DNA of 64,000 bases, from positions 27,676,307 to 27,740,306 of the forward strand of contig OZ316892.1 of NCBI GenBank assembly GCA_973895155.1, in the 5' to 3' direction. Of this stretch, positions 13,059-24,521 are shown one piece after another. The translations under genes and the position numbers were made by a program. This DNA comes from Marsupella aquatica (Eukaryota; Plantae; Marchantiophyta). The notes beneath the pieces were generated by a model that did no database searches, was not told where the DNA came from, and was given only the letters and a program-made list of their open reading frames with translations. Every line of letters begins with the position of its first letter. Positions within the stretch are counted from its first letter, which is position 1.

Positions 13059-15361
13059 TGGCGCCGAGTGTCTTTAGTTCTAAGACCGAGTGCCTTTAGT
13101 TGTAAGACCAGGGAGAAATATAGGTGTGAACTCTGTTTGCATTATTTGCACAATTTTTGTGCCTGATGCACGTATTTTTGTGTTGTACCCACATAACATG
13201 TGTGTTAATTTGGGCAAGCTTTGGCTCCAGAAAATTTTGTTAGGCCTGGGAGCAAATGATTTTTAATTTTGAACTTTGTGTGCAAATACCTGGCACATAT
13301 ACTTTTGTATTGCATATAGCGTGGTTTTGTTCATTTGGACAAAGCTCAGCATCCAGAGTCTTTGCAAGGTTGGGGCTGATAAATAGTACATTGTGCAAGG
13401 TCAGTTTTTCAAGTTTTCTAAAATTTTCATTTTTGGTAGTCTAGAGTGAAAGAAGTCTGACTACCATGTTAAAAAATGAGTACACTCCATGCACCAAGTA
13501 CAATAAAGACATTGGATGTTACTCAATCCACAGAAATCAGTATTACAAACACTCAAAGATACACACAAAGGTGTATGAGTTGATCATTATTATTTATAAG
13601 ACATTGTGGTGATTTTAACATGGCTACAATCAAGGGTACAAATTTTGCAAAATGACTTCAAAATTTGTAAAGCTTTATGATCAGCCCACCTATTGTCCTC
13701 TAAAGGTACCACTACACATGACCAGATCATCTGGAGCACCTCTAAGATTGCCTGGTGGAAAGAGTTTCCTTCACCTTGCATGTGTACTTTGGCTACTGTC
13801 TTGGAGCATTTATGTGGGGCACAATGAATCTAAAACTTCTGTGGCCGGAATATAATCTTGATGCACAAGTTCATGCACATGCATGCAGCAATCACCTTCA
13901 TGACAGAGACTTAGAGATTCCAAATTGGTTCCTACCATCACGAAAGCCCCACAAACTTTCACCTTAGGGTGGCCTCTCCTTACACATCAGGGGCCTCTCC
14001 TTGCACATCAGGTGCCTCCAGCTGCACAAGTGTCTCTACTAGGGGGCTTCAATAATCAGGCTGCGAAATGTTTCATGGCCATGGCTGTCTGTCCATCAGA
14101 ACAGTGGTGGGGATGTGTCCAGGGCACTGTACAGTTTTTAGGGGCCACAATTTTGAATGGTCGCACAGTGCCTACAGGAAAGAGATGCTCACAAGGTCAC
14201 TACCTCACATTGTTGTGGCACACTCATGTTCTTTCTCAAAAATTCATAGCAAAAACACCATAAACTTAAATTTGCAAAAATAGTCTGGGCCTTCTGGCCC
14301 GCTGTTGATGGCTCCCAAAATCCTTTTGCTGTTGATGGCTCCCTACTAACGGCAAAACACTCACGGAAAATGGAAAAGTCCTGCGCCTACTTTGTGTGGA
14401 CCATTGTCAAGGCTGCCCGTCATTTTTCTGATCGTTTCCGTGCCAAACCTGACACAGACGCCCCAAAAACATTGTGACCTACTTGTGCATCAAGTGCCTT
14501 AGGCTCCACAATTGTAATCTTATGGCCGTTTTTTATTGGACTCGGCTTTCGTCCAAGATATGGGTTCTTTGAGGGAGTCCTGCAATTCTACATCTTATGG
14601 CAATAAGCATAGCATTCATAGCCACTCAAGAAAATTCAAGAAGGTGGGACGCCCCCTACCAATGTAGTCACCACTTGTGATGGAATTGTAGATACATTTG
14701 GTGAAAAGGGAACACCCAATACCCCCAGGATATTGATCAATATCCATCTTTTGCGCAGGAGCTTCATCACTTGTAGGATCAATCATTTTCTTCCTTGCAA
14801 AACAATTTTTTGTGTTGTCTTCTTCGCTACAGTTGCATGATCTGCTTCCTTAACCTATGGCAATCAAAAAAATGTAAACATTGATACAAGGATCTCCAAC
14901 TATTACTTTGGTACAAAATCCAATGGAAACAATTGCATCCTTAACTGAATGATTCATAGGTTCAAACAATACATTGATGTTGAAGTGTACCATTATGGTC
15001 GAGGGGACTGTAGCTCAGAAATTACCTCAGAGCTTTCCTCAAATGGTAAGGCTGCATGTGGATGAGGAGCAACATGGGTCTCATTGTCAAATGTTGTGTC
15101 CAATGGTTCTCCTCCATCATGACACTAAATTTTAGTTGTCAATATCTAGGCAATTGAGACTTTTAAGTACATGCAACCATTTTGTCTACAATGACATGAT
15201 GGTAACTATGCAACCCCAATGGAAGTCAAGGAGGTCACTCTATGGAGGGTCATACATCACGTGTGATGGTTTGAGTTATTTACAACCCCCCTTAATCACT
15301 TTAAATAAAGTTGTATGACATCAATCATATGATTTACTTTTTTTTAAATCAAGCTTAACCT

Positions 15362-16010
15362 AGTTTTTTTTCAAAGAAAAAGGGGGGAGCCCCCCCCCCC
15401 CCCCCCGGAGGGACAAAAGCTGCCCCGACAGGAGGAGCACACCGCACCGCAAGGGGACGCCCAACCAGATATGGGGCCACACACTAATCTGGCCAAGGAA
15501 CCCTAAGCACCCATCTGGTCTTAGATTCCAAATTGACCGGGGCACCGATTCTTCCTATCTCTATACCAGAGGTGACTATCCACAAAAGAGAGAAGCTTAA
15601 TAACTCTATCGATATGGGGTTTTGTAATCTTTCTGGCCTTAGAGGCCTGGCCAGGGTGAAGGAGTGAATAACTCAATTCTACTCCGGGAAGCCTGGCAGT
15701 GTTGCAACCTCTCAACATTCCTGTGAAAAAGATCCAATAGCAAATTCTCATTCATCATTGGAATTGGCGTTAAGGAAAACTGGGCTGTTGATCTTTTCCC
15801 AAGGAAGGAGCTCCCTGATTTTGTTTTCACTTCTTAGCAGACTTATACAAAGTTAGCATAGACTTCAGGTGAATCCGATTGGCAAGGGATCAACCACCCG
15901 GGAAGCCTGCCAAGGAAAATAGAGTGAACAACTTTAATTATTTTCTCTCATTCCAGATGCTCTTGCACATCTCCATCAACAGATCAATTGTCCCTGGTTT
16001 CCTCTTTTGT
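15362..16010 (-). mobile_element. 3' remnant of an L1-type LINE
   Basis: Minus strand near 15950-15985 reads LLMEMCKSIWNERK, resembling the L1 ORF2 C-terminal IWxERN motif. It is followed by a degenerate tract and an A-rich tail (T-run at about 15364-15371 on +). Confidence 0.5.
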
Positions 16011-16049
16011 CTCAAAAGTAAGTGATGGCCTTATACAATCATACAAATT

Positions 16050-16215
16050 TATAGAATATTCTCTCACATATATGTTTATTAATTTAAATATGTATTCAAT
16101 AAGTAAAGAATATTCTTAGAAAATTTTCTTTATAACATAATATTTTTCATACTAGGCTAGGATTACACATAGCATGCACATGATACCTCAAAATATACAT
16201 TAAGTTAAACCGGCC
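16050..16215. mobile_element. Degenerate partial copy of the MITE at 46965-47249
   Basis: GAATATTCTTAGAAAATTTTCTTTATAA...TAGGCTAGGAT...CAAAATATACA..AGTTAA matches the 3' half of that element. Confidence 0.6.
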
Positions 16216-18899
16216 CATGAGTTTTGACTTCCTGATTTTCTTTGCTTTCTTTCGAGACTACTCGGCTTCACCTCCCTTGTCCGATGAAAGAACCTAAAAT
16301 GTAGTACATGGACAGGCACGAGAAAATAATCCATAGAAAAAGGGCAACATGTGCCTTCTTCATCAAATGATACCGTAATCCCCACTTGTCAGGTATGACC
16401 TTGTAACCCCGTTTGTAACCCTCCTTGTTAGAGGTATCCACCCACACGTCATAAACTCTAGCCTACTATATAGAATAAACATGTACATGTCATGCTTTGA
16501 GTAGATAGACAGAAAATGCATTAGACAAGCCACAAATTGGTTATATGCATCTGACTATCTCTCTTGAGTTCTTCTTGTGACATTCCATAACCTAATGCCC
16601 ATCCAATATAGCCCACGCATCTTCAAGGGTAGCCATAGCTATCTTGAGCACGAGCAAGAACACAAAGCAGGCAGCGCAAGAAAATGTCACAAGAGAAAAC
16701 ATCATCTGACAGAGTGAAATTAAACTCAACAAGAAACAATACATTCAAAAGGGCAAAGACGTTAATTTCAAAGATAATTCTAGGGTGTATTCTAGGGCAT
16801 ACAATATGCACAGTCTATTCACACAAGCAGGAAGACCAGGGCAATCATGTTGCATTGTATGAGGGTTCAATTGCAAGGGGAGGCGGGCATGAGGAAAGAT
16901 GTTGTGATAGACTTTGCCTGATCGAGATGCCTGTATTGGGGCGGGCAGCATCGGGGCTGGGCACACCACACAGATGGGGGAGGAGGAGGAATACAGTCAA
17001 GGAGGGGAAAGCTTGTCAGGGGGGGAAGAGAAAAACATTCAAGGAAGGGAGCCGGTGGTGAGGAGGGGAGAGGGTGGCAGGGAGCAGAGGAGGGGTTAGG
17101 CTATGGAGGGAAAAATAGATACTCAAGCCCTATTTAAGCCCTCACCAGCTCGCTCACTAGACTTGCTCCCATGTCTGTCTAACACCAACAACTAATATCC
17201 TCAACAATTGGACATCACACAATGTTGTTGCAATGACAATCGTTGACATGGGACAACACACAGGCGTTATTGGGCTAGTGTGGGCATAATGATTAAACAA
17301 TTACATATTGGCTTCCATTGTTGAAGTCTAGGCCAACGTTTACTTAATACATCTGCTTAAGAGGTAGCCAGTGTCAATCTGGCAAAAGTGTCAAGCAGGG
17401 CATCATTTTGGATGGTTGGATTGTTTGAATGTGCATATAAGATCACAAGATTGGAGAGGGAAAAGAGCTAACAACTTATGGCCATTTTTAGAGTGTTGGT
17501 AGATCAGGCTTTAGGTGGGATTTCAGGATGTCATATTCTCTTTTCTGCAGAGTGGGGATCTCTTTGCTTTTGCACTCAGCTCTCCTGGTGATGCTTTCAT
17601 TTAGGAGTTTCATCAGGAATGGCTGTTGGTTAGGGTCCTCTATAGGCTAACATATATCTTGATGCTGCCAAGATGGCAAATCCACCTTTCTAAACATTGC
17701 CTTAATATTTAGGATTTCTGTTGTGTGTTTTTCAGTGTGTCTTAACAAGGCGTATCATTTGTATTATAATTTAGATTTTCAATTCACAAGTCTATACAGT
17801 CTCAATGTTTGCTATCCTAGAGCTCTTCTTTCCCACTAATTTTAGATTTCAGTATTGTGCATCCAGTCCCTCTAGCAAATCTGAAGGAATTTCTGCCACT
17901 TGATAAAGATTCTATCTCTTCTCAAGAGTGAGATATAGAAATGCTTCTACACAATGTGGACACCTAGACAACATGATTCTCTTGTTTTTTTGGCCGCATT
18001 TCATTCATGGGTGTTATTATATGTACAGCAGGAGCAGAAAACAGAATATTGCTGCAATCCATCATGGTTGCAAAAGTTGATCCAAGCATTTTGGCAAACA
18101 TGGAGGTCCATGAGGTTGGGGGACACTTTTAGAGAAAGGGACTATACCTTTAGTGTCCCACTGACATAGTGATTGGCTGGTTTAGATCATACACACTTGG
18201 GGAAGGTATTTGGATAGAGGAGTATGGGGTTAGTGTCACAAGTCAATTGGATTGGTTGGCTCAAGGGTCACTCTAAATAGCATAGACACATCAAACAGGA
18301 ATTTGGTGGCTTGAGTTTGACTGGACCTACTATGCCCATATAGGCCAACACCATGGGCTTGAGCTAGAAGAAATTTCTTCCTACATAATACAAAATTTCA
18401 AATTGACCACCTGAGCATGTTCATATAGAAGGCTTCGGCCATCTGCTGAGGAGAAGATAATAGCAACATAAGACATGATGGCAACAGTTTACCACTTTTT
18501 TGCTGAGTTTTTTGTTGATCAAAGGTATTAGACTATTGTCTATTACAAAAGCTTAGAAGGCTCATTCCTGATGTTCAATTGTAAACTATATTGGGTTCGA
18601 TCGTGACACTGGGTGCCATTTTGGGTAAGCGCAATCTGGCTCAAAATGTCGCCCTTGTTATGTGAAGTTTATGTAAATGAAATGAGTTTGGCAAGTTGTA
18701 TGAGCATCTCAAACTGAGACATTCGAATAAGAGGTTGAGTAGTTCCCTTGTGTGCCTGCCAAAGTCAAGCCCATCAAGAAGGCGACATCTTGAACAGTTT
18801 TCTTGGAGAGAATTATTTGGTGCTCCAAGGAAACTGTTCTCTTCAACCAACCTCAGTACTTTTAATCTTTAAATAGAAAAGTATCTACACTGTTCACCA

Positions 18900-19208
18900 T
18901 AATTAATGTTAGTATAAAATTAGTGCCACTAACACTAATTTTGGTAGAAATGATTGAGTCCAAGTAACACTAACTTTTGTCGGTTTTCAAGACAATTTTT
19001 TTTCCACAGTTTAAATTACTTGTAAAAAATGGATTTCTTGAGTCCAAAATAACACTAATTATTGTGGATTTTTCAAAATAATTTTTTTTGTCTATTTTTC
19101 CACTCTTAAGACTACGATAACACTAATTCATGTACGCAAAAATAACGTTAGTACATCATTAGTGTGACCCTGAAAATGGACATTCTCGAATTAGTGTTAA
19201 TTACGGTA
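18900..19208. mobile_element. Probable DNA-transposon end (pogo/Tc1-mariner-like TA|CCGTA terminus) with subterminal repeats
   Basis: Motif TAACACTAA(T) occurs about 4 times forward and about 2 times inverted, ending in ...TTACGG|TA at about 19201-19208. The partner end was not identified with confidence. Confidence 0.45.
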
Positions 19209-19217
19209 CAGTGTAAC

Positions 19218-19817
19218 AGTCCTTCACTAATGTAGATTATAGTTGGACCCTTTGAATATTTGGGAGTGATGATGAGTGACCCGGGTGCAATTCTATGACT
19301 GTTGATTGGTGCCAAGTGAAGATGGTGCCAAGTGGTGATTGGTGCCCGGTGAAGAGAATCTGACAGCTATACTTAAAATTTAGGGAGATCTAACGTTCAA
19401 AATTAATCTAGAAAAATCAAGTAAGAAATATGCTGAGCGTCATACCGTTCACAGAAGGTAACATTCGTCACCTCGGGGAAAACAAAAATAACACTTAAAT
19501 ACTTACCAATGGGAAGTCCAGAAATCTCGAGGAAGCTCTTCTTTTATTGTGAAATGGAAATTATTTTCGAGACAAAATAAAACCTACTTCAGTAATAGCG
19601 ACGGTATAAATTGGCGTCGGTATAAAGAGGCGCCAGATTTAGCGAGCGGTTATTTCAATTTGGCGGCAGTTCAGTTGATGTTTAATAAAGTGGCACCGTC
19701 CTCCCTCCTCCTCCGCTGGCGGCGCTACACGCCTCCCAGGCTCCCAGCCGACTGGTCACTCATCATCACTCCCAAATATTTGAAGGGTCCAACCTTAATC
19801 TCGATTAGTGAAGGACT
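19218..19817. mobile_element. ~600-bp MITE with ~64-bp terminal inverted repeats
   Basis: Left AGTCCTTCACTAATGTAGATTATAGTTGGACCCTTTGAATATTTGGGAGTGATGATGAGTGACC matches the right end reverse-complemented, AGTCCTTCACTAATCGAGATTAAGGTTGGACCCTTCAAATATTTGGGAGTGATGATGAGTGACC. The TSD is not clean. Confidence 0.85.
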
Positions 19818-20281
19818 ACTAGATACTTTCTCAAACCACATTAATGGACACACCATCCAACGGTCACAGAATTGCACGCGGGTTGAGGAGGGCATAGAGG
19901 CCGTCGATATCCTTCCCAGTTTCCCAGTAGTTCGGTTGCAGCCGCTTCGGGTTTATGGACTCTTGTTAAAGTGGGTTTGTTAGAGCATCGTATTATTTAT
20001 GGAATCTTGTTAGAGGGGCGTTTGTTGGGAATTCTTCATAATGCTGGTGTTAATTAAGTTGGTGGCTGGTAATCACGGTGTTATGGTCCAAATCTATCAG
20101 ATTTGGAGTGAGTACCATTACTGTAAATCGACGCCGTTGGGGTCACTAGACGACGCCAACTGGGGTAGGTCAACACTAACGGCGCTCGTCATTAAGTTCG
20201 TACCCTCCACCAGGGGGGGAGTTGGAACCCGAGACCGAGCTGGCGTTCGCCGTCGGCTATAGTCTAGCACCGTAACCACCG

Positions 20282-20348
20282 TTCCTAGACTGTACAGCAG
20301 TTCGTCTCAGTTACTTCCTAGACTGTACAGCAGTTCGTCTCAGTTACT
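20282..20348. repeat. 33-bp perfect tandem duplication
   Basis: TTCCTAGACTGTACAGCAGTTCGTCTCAGTTAC occurs twice. Confidence 0.9.
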
Positions 20349-21233
20349 AGTCCAGGTTGCCTTTTGAAACCGAGCACTCGAGCGGGCAAGTTCCACGCGC
20401 GGTTCCAGGATACGGCATTACGGCGAGCGGGGCAGTTCCAGCATTCCAGGCACCGAGTTTTATTATTATTAATTGAAGTATGGGGAAGAGGTCTCTTTTT
20501 TGGCCCTAGGAGGTCTATTTTGCAGTGAATGGTCTGACACATATATGAGCCATCCGATCATCCTATATTTAAGGAGTGTCGTTCGATCATGGAATTAACT
20601 CGGATAATGTTGTGGGTGTTTTTGATGCTAGTCACCAACTATTTTTTCTTAGGTGGGAATTTGGCAAGAATTCTCAAAAATGACGAGGGTGGTTCCAAGG
20701 TCATTATTTAAGGTTTCTGAAATGGGGCCACAATGGTTGCTAGTGGGTGGTTCCACGTGATCATTGTGAAGATTGACAATCCCATCCCCTTGGGGCGAAG
20801 TGGCCTGATGATGCGCATTGTATACTCATTTTTCCCAGTTTCCATGGGGAACCACTAGAGTGGGAGAGGCTAGCTATTTCGTGGTGGTTGGCAGTTTCGG
20901 TAATTTTAACTTGGTTTTCTTGTTCTTTCGTTTTTCGGTGGGGATTTCAGGCCATAAATAGCCAACAAGAAGTGGCTACCCAAGTTGATACATGGAGAAG
21001 GTGGAAACCTGGGCCCAGCTGTATGGAGCCTTGTAGTCCCTATTACTAGTTCCGTGTGGCCAGCCTTGTGTCACCCTACTGATGCATTGGTGCTGATTTG
21101 GCGATATAGATCTTGTGGACCTTACACTTAGGCAATTCTACAACAACTTATGTTCCTCATGAAATGCCAGACCAATTCAATTATAGTAATAGGACATCAC
21201 AATTTGATGGACCTATAATTCCCTAGTTACTGG

Positions 21234-22410
21234 TTACGGACCCACAAAGTTATGCATTACAAAATTAATACTCCATAAATTTTTTCCATAAGGATTGGTG
21301 GTATGCCATTACCTTCAATCACTGTATAGGCTAGTGAAAGAAAAAACACAAAAAAACCTTTTCCACATTCTTGTGCAAAACTTACGGATCCCACAAAGTT
21401 ATGGATTACAAAATTAATACTCCATAAGTTTTTGCCATAAGGACTGGTGGTATGCCATTACCTTCAATCACTGTAGAGGCTAGTGAAAGAAAAAACAAAA
21501 AATAACTTTTCCGCATTCTTGTGCAAAATTTACGGACCCACAAAGTTATGGATTACAAAATTAATACTCCATAAGTTTTTGCCATAAGTATTGGTGGTAT
21601 GCCATTACCTTACAATCACTGTATAGGCTAGTGAAAAAAAAACTAAAAAAACTTTTCCGCATTCTTGTGCAAAAGTTACGGACCCACAAAGTTATGGATT
21701 ACAAAATTAATACTCCATAAGTTTTTGCCATAAGGATTGGTGGTATGCCATTACCTTACAATCACTGTATAGGCTAGTGAAAGAAAAAACAAAAAATAAC
21801 TTTTCCGCATTCTGCAAAAGTTACGGACCCACAAAGTTATGGATTACAAAATTAATACTCCATAAGGTTTTGCCATAAGGATTGATGGTATGCCATTGCC
21901 TTCAATCACTGTATAGGCTAGTGAAAGAAACAACAAAAAAAACTTTTCCGCATTCTTGTGCAAAAGTTACGGACCCACAAAGTATGGATTACAAAATTAA
22001 TACTCCATAGGTTTTTGCCATAAGGATTGGTGGTATGCCATTTTCCTTAAAAATCTCTGTAGAGGTTAGTGAAAGAAAAAACAAAAACAAACTTTTCCGC
22101 ATTCTTGTGCAAAATTTATGGACCCACAAAGTTATGGATTACAAAATTAATACTCCATAAGTTTTTGCCATAAGGATCTGTGCTATGCCATTACCTTCAA
22201 TCACTGTAGAGGCTAGTGAAAGAATTTTTTTTAATTTTTTTTGTTTGCATTCTTGTGCAAAACTTACGGACCCACAAAGTTATGGATTACAAAATTAATA
22301 CTCCATAAATATTTGCCATAAGATTTGGTGGTATGCCATTACCTTCAATCACTGTATAGGCTAGTGAAACAAAAAACAAAAAAAAACTTTTCCACAATCC
22401 TTGTGCAAAA
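21234..22410. repeat. Tandem array of 8 x ~147-bp units
   Basis: Units starting TTACGGACCCACAAAGTTATGGATTACAAAATTAATACTCCATAA recur at about 21234, 21382, 21530, 21676, 21821, 21967, 22116 and 22264. Whole units are similar, with no unique spacers. Confidence 0.95.
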
Positions 22411-23710
22411 AATCTGACCATTATTTTACAGCCAAATTTTGAAGTTATGAGAATCTCTAATGTATAACAATGCATCTCCTATTAATTACGCTCTTGAGAC
22501 CCAAAAGTAGTGATGGGGCACTGTATACAACAAAAGACACTATTTGAGCTAAAGTAATGTTTGGAAGTAGTCCATCAGGGGTTACAGTGGTCTATTAACC
22601 TATTCCTCGAACTTTATCGGCCCCTTTTTGTTTTTCCTGGGCCCTCTGGCAATGGGGGTGGGTGCCCCAGGTGTCGCACGGAGGCTCAGGCTAACACGAG
22701 GCAAACGTTTGCGTTGGAGATAAACAAATGAACAGAAAAGGGAAAAAACCAATCCCAGCTGATGCATGGTTTCATGGGGACTCCCACACGTCCCCAGCAG
22801 ATGGGAGGAGCCGGACTGCCTGATCCGTCATCCGTGGCTCCGTGGCCCACTGTAGAAAGACAGTCATGTCGCCGTGTCGGGTCTGATCAGTCCGTGCGCT
22901 AAAAGATGAAAGCGGGTCTCGGAAAGATGAGTCCGGGGGGGGCAGTAAAAGACGAGCCGAATGAGTGCAAACTGTGGGGTCCGCCGGCTCTCGCCGAAAA
23001 GAACTCTTCGGGCCCCCGAGAGGACGCGGAGAACCTCCGCCGTTTGCCTCAGAGTAGTACAAAGAGAAAATACTCCGTCTCAGAGCTTTCACTCGGGCGA
23101 TTTTGTGATTCCCAATCTGTTGGGCCATCCATCCCCTCTCCGCCCACGAGAGGAAGCTCTGCTGCTGCTGCGCTTCAAAGCCCCCCCCCCCCCCACATTC
23201 GCACTGTCGCCTCGCCTCGCCTATATCACTCCTCGCCAACGCGATTCGGTGTGAGACTGCGCGAGCACGTCGCCGTGACGCAATTGGGGTCGGATTGAAA
23301 TAGTTGGAGTGTCTCGATATCGCTCGCTCTCACATTCATTTGGGTGGTGCGTTCAATGTTTTTTTACTGGATTGCGAGTGCGGTGTGCGAGTCAGACGAC
23401 TGCTCCGACTGCTAGTACTTTACTTTACTCTACTACTACTACTAACTACTGCTGCTGCCACCACCCCATGATGAGGCCAGACGAACTCGCGCTGCACAGA
23501 CTTCTGCGGATGGGCTTGACTTTATGCGGGACTCGGAGAGTAGGTTGATAAGATTCGTTCTTCTCGTGTGCGGGCTGTCGGGAATGTTCATTTATAAGAG
23601 AGAGATTGTGAGAGAAGTAGAGAGAGAGAGACTCGATTCTCAAGGAGGAACAGGAGGAGAATAAAAAAGCGTCGAAGGGCTTCACGGGCTCGGCGAAGAT
23701 TGCGATCGAG

Positions 23711-24521
23711 ATGTCTATCGATGTGTGTGAGGGATGCAGGCGCCTGAGGAAGAGGTGCGACAAGGACGACTGCGTTCTGCAGCCGTGCCTCGAGACTTTG
23801 TGGAGGAACAATAAGCTGTACCAGGGGAATGCGACGGTGTTCCTTGCCAAGTACTTTGGGAGGAAACGGTTTTTTGAGCTTCTGCAGGATGTGACTAAAG
23901 ACGAGAGGCCAGGTATGAATGCTTTCTTCGTACTCCATTCCACCTTGAAATGTCTTGGTGCAAGGTATCTAGACGTTCACTCGTAATGTTTTGTTTATTC
24001 TGCCGCTCGTTAACTCTGAGCGATCCATGTGGAGTAGTCGAGCTGTTTTACCATACTGTATGGCTTTAGATGCTGAAGAGATATCCTTCGGATTCTCGCG
24101 GTTCTTTTCCTTGTTAGATGTCCGTAGGGCCGCCAGTTGCACCGGAAATTCTGCTCGCTCAATTCTTGGATTTTGGTGAACTGCAGCACTTTTTAAGTCC
24201 CTCCTTCACGAAGCTTGCGGGAGGACAGTGAATCCCGTCTCAGGAGCGATCGGACTGAAGACATCCAATAAGTGGCATCTGTGTGAGGAGGCTGTGAGAA
24301 ATGTCTTGACTGAGGGATCGTTGAATCCGGTGACTCTGAATTCGGATGGGCCCTGCATCAGCACAAGCAGCTCTTGCCCCTACTTGGCGATGAAAACCAA
24401 GAGGGAGAGAGACGAGGAGGATATGGATTTCAATAGGCTTCCACAGCTGGTGCCTGAAAGCCGAAGGCGGCGGCAGCAGTGCTTGAACCTCGATTTGAAT
24501 CTCAGTTTGCAGCAGTACTAG
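23711..24521 (+). CDS. LBD: Class II LOB-domain (LBD/ASL) transcription factor, 178 aa; exons 23711-23912 and 24187-24521
   Basis: C-block CEGCRRLRKRCDKDDCVLQPCL and class II hallmarks QGNATVFLAKYFGR and RP|ALFKSLLHEACGRTVNPVSGAIGL...WHLCEEAVRNVL. A phase-1 GT-AG intron (23913-24186) restores the frame. C-terminal LNLDLNLSL is an EAR-like motif. Confidence 0.93.

Noticed and set aside
6241-19208. Single 13-kb element bounded by TACCGTA / TACGGTA
   Set aside because: Inverted similarity is essentially limited to 7 bp, and the subterminal motif is absent on the left.
21234-22410. CRISPR-like appearance of the regular array (also 32506-32949 and 59070-59293)
   Set aside because: Entire units repeat with no unique spacers, there are no cas genes, and the context is eukaryotic.
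22772-23298. Overlapping GC-rich ORFs upstream of LBD (similar ones at 5454-6071)
   Set aside because: Low-complexity translations on both strands of GC-rich promoter-like DNA, with no motifs.
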